This document shows, one piece after another, positions 1-9,695 of a stretch of 64,000 bases of DNA. Position 1 is the first letter of the stretch, and every line of letters begins with the position of its first letter. Location of the stretch: assembly GCA_051872635.1 (NCBI GenBank), contig JBJEEA010000005.1, positions 77 to 64,076 of the forward strand, given 5' to 3'. A program made the position numbers and the translations under genes. The notes under the pieces are model-generated. The model was not told the origin of the DNA. It worked only from the letters and a program-made list of their open reading frames with translations, and made no database searches. This DNA comes from Bacilli bacterium. Lineage in GTDB: Bacteria; Bacillota_I; Bacilli_A; RF39; UBA660.

Positions 1-243
1 TACGAGAGGACCGGGATGGACCTACCTCTGGTGTATCTGTTGTCACGCCAGTGGCAGTGCAGAGTAGCTATGTAGGGAAGGGATAAACGCTGAAAGCATC
101 TAAGCGTGAAGCCCTCTCCAAGATGAGTTTTCCCATTGGAATAACCAAGTAAAATCCCAGATAGACTAACTGGTTGATAGGCTAGAAGTGGAAGTGTAGC
201 GATACATTGAGCGGACTAGTACTAATAGATTGAGGATTTAATC
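1..243 (+). rRNA. rrl: 23S rRNA, 3'-terminal ~240 nt (partial; gene continues upstream of window)
   Basis: Conserved 23S 3'-domain strings read directly: TACGAGAGGACCGGGATGGAC, GCTGAAAGCATCTAAGCGTGAAG, GGTTGATAGGC, GTACTAATAG. 3' end approximate. Confidence 0.9.
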
Positions 244-318
244 CCTAAATTATTCAATTTGATTTAACCACATTATCATGTTTTCAGAGAACTATTAAAA
301 TAAATTTATTAAATTATA

Positions 319-423
319 TTGGTGATTATTGCGAAGTGGTTCACCTGTTCCCATCCCGAACACAGAAGTTAAACACTTCAGCGCCGAAGATAGTGGATTC
401 TGCTAAAATAGGTCGTTGCCAAT
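319..423 (+). rRNA. rrf: 5S rRNA (short, ~105 nt)
   Basis: Core CCTGTTCCCATCCCGAACACAGAAGTTAAAC...CAGCGCCGAAGATAGT...GTCGTTGCCAAT. Lies ~75 nt after the 23S end and is followed by a terminator hairpin. Confidence 0.85.
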
Positions 424-445
424 ATTTTTTTTATTTTTAATTATT

Positions 446-478
446 AAGAGAAAGTCATTTAACTTTTCTCTTTTTTTT
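446..478 (+). terminator. Rho-independent terminator of the rrn operon
   Basis: AAGAGAAAGT / ACTTTTCTCTT inverted repeat followed by a T-run. Confidence 0.6.
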
Positions 479-504
479 GCTATAATATCGGTATTGGTGA
501 TAAT

Positions 505-2040
505 ATGGGAATAAATATACGAAGTAAATTTAGAGATCGTGAAAGATCATATAAGTTAAATATTAAAAGAAAAAAGTTAAACCAAGAAGAAAAAGAAAAA
601 AAGCATGAAGAAAGTTTTATTAAAATACTTATCTTCTCACCATTAATTTTTGGTGACTTTATTAAAAAAATTATTGATTATTATAAAATATCCCAGCAAA
701 AAGACATAAATTTAGATAAAAAAAATGAAAATAAAAATATTTTATTGTACCAGAATGATAAAAAAACACTAGTATCAAAGATAAATAAGCAATTTATTTC
801 AAATATTGATCAATTAAAAGAACAATCCTATATACCAAATAGTAGTATTGAAAATACTAGTCAAATTAAAATAAGTAATAAAAATATTAAATTTAGAAAA
901 AAAGCCTCAAAAGACATTTTTATGACTAATATTGAAAAATTTAATAATTATAATTATGAATTTAAAAGTAATGAAGATATTAATTTAGAAATTAAAATAT
1001 TTTCAAAGCTTAAAAGAAAAATATTAACATTAAAAAATAATACAGACATTATAGAAAGTGAATTATATCTAATAAGTAAGTACACTAACGATCATCAAAA
1101 TTTTAAAGAGTCTAAAAAAATAGCTAGAGAAATTTCTGCTTTATATGATAGACTAGAAGAAATAAATGAAAAATTTCTTCTAACAAGTAATAATAGTTTT
1201 ATTGAAAATTCATTACTTTTAGATGATAATCTTCTAATAGATGACATAATTAGATATCGTGAAAAATTAAAAAATTTTGAATTAAGAGAAATACCAGATA
1301 AGTTAAAATTATTTGATGAATATCAAGATTTATACATAAAATTAGAAGAGTTAGAAAATAGTGTTTCAGAATTAAAACAAAAAAGTGAAAAAAGAAGTGA
1401 AGAACTAGCTAGTAGGGATAAAAATTATAAAACTGCTAAAGAAAAAATAATAAATTTAGATGAAGTAAATAAAACATGTAATGAGATTATCAATAAGTAT
1501 AATAAATATTTAAATGAAATATTGAGTAAGAGCGGTAAAATTGAAGAAACAAAATTTGTAGAATATAAATTAAAAGGATTAAATGATTTACTTACATCAT
1601 CACTTAAATATATAGGACTTTTATCATTAACACCACTTCGTGGATTAATTCCCGGAATAGCAGCAAGAACTTTTGCTACAAGAAAACTAGTAGGAAATAT
1701 GATTCATAATATTCATTATGAAAAAGAAGAGAAAATAGTATATTCATTAAAAAACTATCAATCAGAAATAAATAATAAAATTTTCGATATAAATTCTTTA
1801 GATAAAAATATTGATTCTGCTTTATCTGAAATAACCATATTAAAAGAAGAATTTGAAGATTACTTTTTCAAATATAATTTAGAAGAATATGATGTTACAT
1901 ATAAAAAAATAGAAAAGATGGAAGAAGATATTATAAGAAACAAAGAAAAAATGAAAATTATTAAAGAAAGATTAATAAACAGTAGAGAAATAAATAAAAA
2001 GAATTTGTTAAAAGTCCGTAAGTTAAAAATTGACACTTAA
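505..2040 (+). CDS. Hypothetical Lys/Glu/Asn-rich coiled-coil protein with one internal hydrophobic segment
   Basis: 511-aa ORF with heptad-like charged sequence and a hydrophobic stretch LKYIGLLSLTPLRGLIPGIAA. No recognisable catalytic motif. Confidence 0.55.
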   Translation: MGINIRSKFRDRERSYKLNIKRKKLNQEEKEKKHEESFIKILIFSPLIFGDFIKKIIDYYKISQQKDINLDKKNENKNILLYQNDKKTLVSKINKQFISNIDQLKEQSYIPNSSIENTSQIKISNKNIKFRKKASKDIFMTNIEKFNNYNYEFKSNEDINLEIKIFSKLKRKILTLKNNTDIIESELYLISKYTNDHQNFKESKKIAREISALYDRLEEINEKFLLTSNNSFIENSLLLDDNLLIDDIIRYREKLKNFELREIPDKLKLFDEYQDLYIKLEELENSVSELKQKSEKRSEELASRDKNYKTAKEKIINLDEVNKTCNEIINKYNKYLNEILSKSGKIEETKFVEYKLKGLNDLLTSSLKYIGLLSLTPLRGLIPGIAARTFATRKLVGNMIHNIHYEKEEKIVYSLKNYQSEINNKIFDINSLDKNIDSALSEITILKEEFEDYFFKYNLEEYDVTYKKIEKMEEDIIRNKEKMKIIKERLINSREINKKNLLKVRKLKIDT

Positions 2041-2150
2041 AATTTACAAATTAATTTTTTTTAAAATATATCTTGTATAGGTAAAAAAAATGTGATATAC
2101 TAACTTCAGAATAGATGATAATAACTATATCATATACGGGAGGATTTATT

Positions 2151-3068
2151 ATGAATACAAGTTTTAATGTATTGGATAAAAAAAATAATGTACAAAAGAC
2201 AGCTGATGTAATAGTAAAATTTAATTATGAAAATAAAGAATATTTAATTTATAGTATTGATGAGAACGATCAAAATAAGCAAATATTTATATCTAGACTT
2301 ATCTCAAACTTGGAAGGAGAATACTTTGTTGAAAATATATTACCAGAAGAAAAAGGAAAATTAAGTAATATTGTTTACAATATTGTTATAGTTCTCCCTT
2401 CTTACTATCAAAAAGGCAAAGATGCTAAAGAATTGATTGATGAATTTTCAACTAAAAATTTAGTTAACCTTTCTAAAGATATACCAGAATTAAAAAATCA
2501 AGAATACTATAATAGTTGTTCAGTAGCAATAACAAGTAATGTATTAGTAAATAATGCTATTTCATTTTATTTAGAACATTTAGTAGGTGAAGAATCTTTA
2601 CCAAGTAAAGATATTCCAACATGGACTATCCCTATTGAAGAATCATCACAAACTATAACACCTACTACCCCTAACATAGATACTAATCAGAATCTTAATC
2701 ATGCTAATGCTATTTCTGATTTAAATATAACTACTGACAATAGTTTAAATAGTATGGTTGATCAAAATATAAATTTGGAACCTAACAGTATAAGTGAAGT
2801 ATCTAATGATATGTTAAATACAGCTCAAAATTTTAGTAGTGAAGAAAATCTTCCTAATCCTCAAGCCGAAATATTAACTGCTGTTAATAATGACCCTAAT
2901 TTGTCTAAAGCTACAGGTATTAGAACAGAGGTAACTATGCAACCAAATTTAGGTAAGGCCAAAAAAGCTGGTTTTGCTAATAGCAAATACATAATAATAG
3001 GAACAGTAAGCTTATTATTAGCAATAGTCGTTGTAATAGTAGCTTATATCCTTATAAAAAATAAATAA
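2151..3068 (+). CDS. C-terminally membrane-anchored protein with a DUF1292-like N-terminal domain
   Basis: Start moved to the ATG after RBS GGGAGGA. N-terminus (VIVKFNYENKEYLIYSIDEN...IFISRL) resembles DUF1292. C-terminal TM IIIGTVSLLLAIVVVIVAYILI. Confidence 0.45.
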   Translation: MNTSFNVLDKKNNVQKTADVIVKFNYENKEYLIYSIDENDQNKQIFISRLISNLEGEYFVENILPEEKGKLSNIVYNIVIVLPSYYQKGKDAKELIDEFSTKNLVNLSKDIPELKNQEYYNSCSVAITSNVLVNNAISFYLEHLVGEESLPSKDIPTWTIPIEESSQTITPTTPNIDTNQNLNHANAISDLNITTDNSLNSMVDQNINLEPNSISEVSNDMLNTAQNFSSEENLPNPQAEILTAVNNDPNLSKATGIRTEVTMQPNLGKAKKAGFANSKYIIIGTVSLLLAIVVVIVAYILIKNK

Positions 3069-3668
3069 TTACTGTGGTTTGGAATATATACATCCACAGT
3101 AATTTTGCCTATATAAATTATATTTTTGTGATAATAAGATGGACTTTTTATAGCCATCTTTCTTTTTAAAGTCAGAATATAACCACCTAATATTATAACT
3201 ATTTTCTAATTCTTCACCTATTTTATTAATAAGTTCAGCATTTTTATATGGGCTAACAGAAAGAGTTGTACAAAAAAAATCATAATTATTAGCTTTTGCT
3301 ATCATAGCTGTTTTTTCCATTCTCATTTTGTAGCAGATCTTACATCTACTTCCTCTTTCTGGTTCATTCTCTAAACCCCTCACTAATTCATTATATAAAT
3401 TATTGTCATAATCACAATCCATTATATCAATTTTATTTACTGTATCCATTTCCTTTATAAGTCTTATTTGTTCTTCTTTTCTTTTTAAATACTCATTATA
3501 AGGATAAATATTAGGATTATAGTATAAAATAGTTATATCAAAATAATTAGTTAAATAACTTATTACATAACTACTACATGGTCCACAACAACTGTGGAGA
3601 AGTAGTTTTTTCTTATCTTTTATTTCATTTAAGATATTTTCACACATTAAGCTATAGTTTTCTTTCAT
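3069..3668 (-). CDS. queH: Epoxyqueuosine reductase QueH (DUF208)
   Basis: LLLHSCCGPCSSYV, GSRCKICYKMRMEKTA and C-terminal NYCGCIYS motifs, typical of QueH; ~200 aa. Confidence 0.85.
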   Translation of the reverse strand: MKENYSLMCENILNEIKDKKKLLLHSCCGPCSSYVISYLTNYFDITILYYNPNIYPYNEYLKRKEEQIRLIKEMDTVNKIDIMDCDYDNNLYNELVRGLENEPERGSRCKICYKMRMEKTAMIAKANNYDFFCTTLSVSPYKNAELINKIGEELENSYNIRWLYSDFKKKDGYKKSILLSQKYNLYRQNYCGCIYSKPQ

Positions 3669-3786
3669 TTACATTATCCTTCTTTCAAAAAACATCTATA
3701 TTATATCATAATAAAAATAAATTTTCATATAATTTTCTTGAAAAAATATTTGTAAACTGATACAATGTTAATGGAGGTTATTTACT

Positions 3787-4305
3787 GTGGAAAAAGAAAA
3801 AAACATTCCTTTAAAAAATTACATTATTTTAGCAGCCATATTAATTTTAACAATTATCTTGGTTATTTATTTTTATATGTGGTATGAAAATTATGAAAGT
3901 ACGAAATTAACTAGTCCAATAATGGATGAATATATGCAAGTTATAAACTATAATGAATTAAATGATTACTTAGTAGAAAATAAAAATTCAGTAATATATG
4001 TTTCAGTATTAGATAGTAAAGAAATAAGAAACTTTGAATTAAAATTCAAAAAATTTATAAGAGATAATTCATTAGATAATAGTATTTTATATCTAAATTT
4101 AACGGAAGAATTAAAAGATAATAAAATAGTTAAAGAATTAAAAAATAAATATAAATTAGATGATCTTGATATTACTAATGTACCAGCAATAATCATCTTC
4201 AAGGATGGCAATATCACTAGTATATATAATATTAAAGATGACGACTACAATATTGATAAATTAAAATCATACTTAGAAAAAGAGAGAGTAATAGAAGATG
4301 ATTAA
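3787..4305 (+). CDS. Membrane-anchored thioredoxin-fold-like protein lacking CXXC
   Basis: GTG start 9 nt after GGAGG. N-terminal TM, then a ~130-aa domain with thioredoxin-like layout (VIYVSV...VPAIIIFKDG) but no cysteines. Confidence 0.4.
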   Translation: MEKEKNIPLKNYIILAAILILTIILVIYFYMWYENYESTKLTSPIMDEYMQVINYNELNDYLVENKNSVIYVSVLDSKEIRNFELKFKKFIRDNSLDNSILYLNLTEELKDNKIVKELKNKYKLDDLDITNVPAIIIFKDGNITSIYNIKDDDYNIDKLKSYLEKERVIEDD

Positions 4306-4807
4306 TATTGTATTATATGAACCAGAGATACCAGAAAATACTGGGAATATTATGCGTACTTGTGCTGCTACAAATAGTAAACTTCATTTAATAGAACCAC
4401 TAGGATTTATTTTAGATGAAAAAAGAATCAGAAGAAGTGGAGTCAATTACATTGATAAAGTCGATTATCAAACATATCTTGATTATGATGACTTTCTTTC
4501 AAAGAATAAGGGAGAATTTTACTATTTTACTAGATATGGAAAAAAAACACATAGTGATATTGATTTTACTGATAAAGATAAAAATATATATTTAATATTT
4601 GGTAAAGAGAGTACTGGAATTCCTAAAGAAATATTATCAAAAAATCTTGATAAATGTTATCGCATTCCAACTAGTGACAATGTTAGAGCACTAAATTTAT
4701 CTAATTGTGTTGCTTTAGTTACTTATGAAGCTTTGAGACAACAAAATTATCCTAATTTACTTAGAAGTGATCCATTTAAAGGTGAAGATTATTTAGAAAA
4801 AGAATAG
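4298..4807 (+). CDS. trmL: tRNA (cytidine/uridine-34 2'-O)-methyltransferase TrmL (SpoU family)
   Basis: MINIVLYEPEIPENTGNIMRTCAAT...LHLIEPLGF, LIFGKESTGIP, ALNLSNCVA; ~169 aa. Confidence 0.85.
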   Translation: MINIVLYEPEIPENTGNIMRTCAATNSKLHLIEPLGFILDEKRIRRSGVNYIDKVDYQTYLDYDDFLSKNKGEFYYFTRYGKKTHSDIDFTDKDKNIYLIFGKESTGIPKEILSKNLDKCYRIPTSDNVRALNLSNCVALVTYEALRQQNYPNLLRSDPFKGEDYLEKE

Positions 4808-4809
4808 TT

Positions 4810-5253
4810 TTATTCATTGATAAAACCATTCTTTTTTAATTTATTAATAACTTTATCTGAAGATACATCTCCCTCAATTCTCGTAGCAGTTGTCTCTTCT
4901 TTACCTTCTTTAAAAAATATAGTAACAGGAGTAGCTCCATCAAAGCTAATATCATCTTTAAATTTATTATACTCATTTTCATCAAAAGTATTAACATCTG
5001 TATAATAAATCTTAACATCATATTCATTAGCGATCTTTTTTAATTTTGGTTTATAGTTTTGACAATGTGTACAGTCTGTTGCCGATACGCAAAGTATAAA
5101 TGTATCGTTATTATTTACTTTTTCCATAACTTCATCATAACTAAGACTTATAAAATTATTTTTATAAAAAAATATGAAATATATAATACATAATATAATA
5201 ATACATATTATAGTGGCCAATAAAATTATTTTTTTACTTATCTTCTTTTTCAT
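4810..5253 (-). CDS. Membrane-anchored thioredoxin-family protein (CTHC active site)
   Basis: Start set at MKKKISKK (RBS GGTGA 5 nt upstream). N-terminal TM. Thioredoxin motif SATDCTHCQNYKPKL. Faces away from the Tad/T4SS locus. Confidence 0.65.
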   Translation of the reverse strand: MKKKISKKIILLATIICIIILCIIYFIFFYKNNFISLSYDEVMEKVNNNDTFILCVSATDCTHCQNYKPKLKKIANEYDVKIYYTDVNTFDENEYNKFKDDISFDGATPVTIFFKEGKEETTATRIEGDVSSDKVINKLKKNGFINE

Positions 5254-5367
5254 TAATATCACCAATATAATGATACCATTTTTTATATAAAATTGCAAAA
5301 ATGACTTTTAATTTATTAAAAAAAATGATATCATTATATATAGAATAGACTAGTGAAAGGAGTACAT

Positions 5368-6054
5368 ATGAAAAATATTAAATATTTAATAATATCTCTA
5401 TTTCTCCTATGTTTAAATTTTACTTATGTAAAAGCTTCTTGCACTAGTGAAGAGTTATCTAGTTTAAAAGAAGAAATCAAAAAAATAAAAATAACCTATA
5501 AGCATTTAGGAGAAATAATTAATGATGATGGAAGTAAATCATATGATAAATTTTTAGTTACTGCTAAAAATATACCAGAAGGCGTTTACGTTCATTTAAG
5601 TCCAATGACAGAAGAAAATTTTGATGAAAGCACCGATGATTTAAAAATAAAATTAACCACAGGTACATGGTACTATAATATGTATTCATCAAAATGTGAA
5701 ACAGTAGTAGATATCATTACTGTAAAATTACCGCGATTTAATATCTATTCCTTAGACCCACTATGCGAAGGTATTGACAGTGATGATTTCCAATTATGTA
5801 GTAAATACTATGAATATGAATTCAGTCGTGAAACATTTGAAAAAAAAGTTAATGCTTATCGAGAAGAAAATAACATAGGTAAAACTGATAATGATAATAA
5901 TGAAGAAACAGAAAACAATAATATTTTAGAAGTAGTACTAGATTTTATAGAAACTTACAATTTATTCATAGTGGGAGGACTAACTATTGTCTTAATAATA
6001 TTAATAGTTATAATAGTAATTTCTAAGAAAAAGAAAAGAAAAATTTTAGAGTAA
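5368..6054 (+). CDS. Exported type-I membrane protein, first gene of the Tad/T4SS locus
   Basis: RBS GAAAGGAG. Signal peptide MKNIKYLIISLFLLCLNFTYVKA. Four Cys in the mature part. C-terminal TM plus KKKKRK stop-transfer. Confidence 0.6.
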   Translation: MKNIKYLIISLFLLCLNFTYVKASCTSEELSSLKEEIKKIKITYKHLGEIINDDGSKSYDKFLVTAKNIPEGVYVHLSPMTEENFDESTDDLKIKLTTGTWYYNMYSSKCETVVDIITVKLPRFNIYSLDPLCEGIDSDDFQLCSKYYEYEFSRETFEKKVNAYREENNIGKTDNDNNEETENNNILEVVLDFIETYNLFIVGGLTIVLIILIVIIVISKKKKRKILE

Positions 6055-6074
6055 TAAAGAAGGAGGAACTAAAT

Positions 6075-7874
6075 ATGAAAAAAGTAAATCAATATAAATA
6101 TATTTTAATTTTATTTATTTCACTTTTCATATTAATTCCTCAAATAAAAGCTGAAACAATAACTACAACGTATAATAATTATTATTTCTTTCTAGAACCA
6201 TATAAAGTATGTTTTGGAAGCGGTGACGATTGTGATACCATTGTAAATGGGACCACTGCAAATTTAAATGGGAGCCAAAATGAAACTGGCTTTATTAGAT
6301 TAATGTTAACTGCATTTGGAGGTAGTTATGAAAGAATAAATTTACTTGACAATAATCCAAATTCAGAGTGGAGCTTTGAAGATTTTTATATAAAACTAAA
6401 AGAAATTGAAGGTACAAATAAGCAAAACTATAGTTTTTCAGGATTATCATGTTCAACAAAATATATCGTAGAAAATAAAAGTGAAACAGAAGTAAATAGT
6501 TACTTTAGTCATGGCTGTTATAGAAGTGTTGGAGAAAATGATTGGAAAAATCAAATTGAAAATTGGAGTTATTCAAATTCAAATATATTAGCATGTGCTA
6601 GTGTAAATATCGATGTTAATGAAGCAGAAAGCAAATTTGAATATAAAAATTTTGATAATTCAAACGCCTATCTTTATAGCAAAATAGTAAGAAATCCAAC
6701 TACAGTAAATAATATTCAGAATGCTGAATTCAATAATAATATAAATTCTAGCAATTGTGAAGGGAAAATATACCCTATTAAAAGTGAAGACGGAAAGTAT
6801 AGAATATTTTCACCAGTATTATATAAATACACTTATACAACCACTTCTGAAGTATGTAAACCTAACTTAACAAAGCCAAATACTGGAAAATGTAATTCTA
6901 GTGAAAACACACTATCTAGTACTTGTGAAAAGGAAACAATAGAAACAAGTAATTCAAGAGCAGATGTCAAAATTGATCAGAATGGTACAGTATCTAATAT
7001 TCTAACACCAGATAGTGTATATCAAGGTGGTGGATTTAAATTTGGTTTTGTCTACTATAATGAAATAAGCTGGGATTTCGCTGGAGATATATATACAACG
7101 CTTGGTAGTACAGATGCTGCAAAAGAAGAAATAACAGCAGCAATGAAGGAAAAAATACAAAATATTGAAGCCTTTAAAGAAAGTATAATATTAGATAATA
7201 TAACCTTTGGAAATGAAACCATAGATAGTAGCCTTATTCAAAAAAGCTGCCAAAGGAGTGGTGAATTTAATCCAGGAGAAACCGTCACTACAATATGTAC
7301 TTTCTATTTACCAAATTCCGTAGTAGAACCTTATACAGGAAAGATAACTTACAGTACATCAATAGGAACAAACTATGGTATAAATAATAAATATTATACT
7401 CCTTTAACCTATGAAGGAAAATATAATCTAAAAGCTACATTAAAAAACTTAAATGTCTTAATAAATGATGAAAACTGGGTTGGGAATTGGAGCCTAACAT
7501 TTGATGGAAGTAAAGACAGTAGTTGCCAAATAGATGTAGTCAAACGTCTTTATGATAAAGTAGATGATAAATCCTATTCATTTGCCTTTATTTATAGGCC
7601 GATAGATTTAAATGACCCATTTCCAAATAGGAATGCAGGAGTAAATTGGTATGTTTGGTACAACCAAACTAGCAATAAAGAAAGACTAAAAGAAAGCTAT
7701 TCAAATTTACAATATCAAGTTAAATTAGATAATAAAAAAACGTATGCTATTAAAAATTATAATAGTAAGAATGATTACTTAAATTGGGACAGTATAGACG
7801 AAAGTGAAGAAAGTTCATTTATTGATGAATATTTCGATATTTATCGAAAGAACATTGAAGGTGATAATCCATGA
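6075..7874 (+). CDS. Secreted Cys-rich 599-aa protein (candidate adhesin or pilus-associated protein)
   Basis: RBS AGGAGG. Signal peptide ending IKAE. About a dozen Cys spread through the sequence. Stop overlaps the next start (ATGA). Confidence 0.6.
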   Translation: MKKVNQYKYILILFISLFILIPQIKAETITTTYNNYYFFLEPYKVCFGSGDDCDTIVNGTTANLNGSQNETGFIRLMLTAFGGSYERINLLDNNPNSEWSFEDFYIKLKEIEGTNKQNYSFSGLSCSTKYIVENKSETEVNSYFSHGCYRSVGENDWKNQIENWSYSNSNILACASVNIDVNEAESKFEYKNFDNSNAYLYSKIVRNPTTVNNIQNAEFNNNINSSNCEGKIYPIKSEDGKYRIFSPVLYKYTYTTTSEVCKPNLTKPNTGKCNSSENTLSSTCEKETIETSNSRADVKIDQNGTVSNILTPDSVYQGGGFKFGFVYYNEISWDFAGDIYTTLGSTDAAKEEITAAMKEKIQNIEAFKESIILDNITFGNETIDSSLIQKSCQRSGEFNPGETVTTICTFYLPNSVVEPYTGKITYSTSIGTNYGINNKYYTPLTYEGKYNLKATLKNLNVLINDENWVGNWSLTFDGSKDSSCQIDVVKRLYDKVDDKSYSFAFIYRPIDLNDPFPNRNAGVNWYVWYNQTSNKERLKESYSNLQYQVKLDNKKTYAIKNYNSKNDYLNWDSIDESEESSFIDEYFDIYRKNIEGDNP

Positions 7875-8803
7875 AATGGTCATTTGCCTCAGTAGGTTTA
7901 ATCGTCTTTGGATTAATAGGTGTAACAATTATCATGTTGTTTGAAGAACTTACAACAACTAATGAAAATGATTACTATTTATTAAAAGAAGTAACTGAAG
8001 CTGCTATGATTGATTCTGTTGATATAAGTTACTACCGTGAAACAGGAGAACTTAAAATAGTTAGAGAAAAATTTGTTGAAAATTTCACAAGAAGATTTGC
8101 TGAATCAACACTTTTAACAGGAAGTGGTTATACTATTAGTTTCTTTGATATTATTGAAACACCACCCAAAGTATCCGTTACTATAAATACAGGGATAGGT
8201 GAATATACAATTTATGAAGATACAAGTAGCTATAATGTCAATAATCGTCTTGATGCTATCTTAGAGTATATAGGTGAAAATACTTATGAGTCCTCTAATA
8301 GTATCAGAGATCCATATACAGAAAAAACCTATAAGAAGACATATTATAATTTAGTAAGAGTTAAAGACAATAGGGCTACTGTTACTGAACCTGTAAATAT
8401 TCCAGAAAAATTAAATCAAGGACATATTAAAAATGTCAAGATTAGGTCTATTTTAGGTGCTACTGTTGTTGAAGAAGAAAAAGATTTAATGCTTGGTATG
8501 CTTCAAAGAGAAATTGATTGGGCTAAAAGTACTGAAGATGATAATCGCACAGATTTTAATCCAGCATCAGCCAGTACAAGTATTAAAAATTATGCTTCGG
8601 AAATTGAGGTTAACATCTCATCTCCAGAGTGGTATAATTGTAGTGACAACTATAAAAGTAAAGAATGGATGAAAGGTACAGAAGTAGATTGTGGAAAATA
8701 TGATTATTTCATTCATTGGACCGGAGATTTAAATAGTAGTAAAAGTTTTATAGCAGTTAAATATGAAGTAACATGGTCATATGAAGAATATGAATATAAA
8801 TAA
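7871..8803 (+). CDS. N-terminally anchored 310-aa protein, possibly a pseudopilin-like or assembly component
   Basis: Translationally coupled (ATGA). Single N-terminal hydrophobic helix SFASVGLIVFGLIGVTIIMLF followed by E-E. No family recognised. Confidence 0.5.
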   Translation: MKWSFASVGLIVFGLIGVTIIMLFEELTTTNENDYYLLKEVTEAAMIDSVDISYYRETGELKIVREKFVENFTRRFAESTLLTGSGYTISFFDIIETPPKVSVTINTGIGEYTIYEDTSSYNVNNRLDAILEYIGENTYESSNSIRDPYTEKTYKKTYYNLVRVKDNRATVTEPVNIPEKLNQGHIKNVKIRSILGATVVEEEKDLMLGMLQREIDWAKSTEDDNRTDFNPASASTSIKNYASEIEVNISSPEWYNCSDNYKSKEWMKGTEVDCGKYDYFIHWTGDLNSSKSFIAVKYEVTWSYEEYEYK

Positions 8804-8816
8804 AAAGGAGGAAAAT

Positions 8817-9665
8817 ATGAATAATTTAAAAGCTTCGATGAAAAAGTTCTTTGGTAACAAAAATACTGTTACCATATTGGGGGTAATATTATGTTTAGTA
8901 ATATTATATATTGGTTATAATTATCGTATCAACAAAGAAGTTGAATTAGTACAAATACCATATGCTAAAGAGACAATTCAGCCAAGAACATATATAACAA
9001 AAGACATGATTGGTACAATGGAAGTGCCTAAAGCGTTCTTAGAGGGAAATTACTATACGAGTGTAAACAGTATTGTTGGTAAGTATTCTAATTATAATAC
9101 TGTTATAGCTAAAGGAAGTATTTTCTATACTGATTTAGTAGTATCAGAGGCAGATCTTCCTGATTCAGCTTTTCAAGATGTACCCGAAGGATATACAGTA
9201 ATTAACTATCCAGTAAATATATCTAGTACTTATGCTAATTCAATGGCTCCAGGTAGCTATATAAATATTTATTATAAGTCACTTAATGATGCTGGTGAAG
9301 TAATGTTTGGCAAATTTATAAGCAATGTCAAAGTATTAGATGTCAAGGATTCTTCAGGAAGACATGTCTTTGAAAATAGTGAAGAGTCTAGAACTCCTGC
9401 TTATATGTTATTTGCTGTCCCAGAAGAGACGCACTTACTTTTAAGAAAAGCATTGTACTTAGATAAATATGATGTTGAATTATTATTAATACCAAATACA
9501 GCAACTTTAAGTGAAAAAGATAAAGTAACCGTAAGCAGTACCCAAATTGAAGAATTTATAAATTCTAAAACCGTATTTGTATCAGTAGATGATTTACCTA
9601 ACATAGAAGATCAAGTAACTGAAGAAGAAAATAATACAAATGAAAATACAAATACCAATCAGTAA
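8817..9665 (+). CDS. CpaB/RcpC-like Flp pilus assembly protein (SAF-domain type)
   Basis: Start at ATG after AAAGGAGG. N-terminal TM, then a SAF-like stretch (ITKDMIGTMEVPKAFLEGNYYTS...IVGKY..TVIAKGSIFYTDLV). Sits immediately upstream of the Tad ATPase. Confidence 0.55.
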   Translation: MNNLKASMKKFFGNKNTVTILGVILCLVILYIGYNYRINKEVELVQIPYAKETIQPRTYITKDMIGTMEVPKAFLEGNYYTSVNSIVGKYSNYNTVIAKGSIFYTDLVVSEADLPDSAFQDVPEGYTVINYPVNISSTYANSMAPGSYINIYYKSLNDAGEVMFGKFISNVKVLDVKDSSGRHVFENSEESRTPAYMLFAVPEETHLLLRKALYLDKYDVELLLIPNTATLSEKDKVTVSSTQIEEFINSKTVFVSVDDLPNIEDQVTEEENNTNENTNTNQ

Positions 9666-9695
9666 TAAAAATAAGAAATAAAAAGGAGGTAAAAA

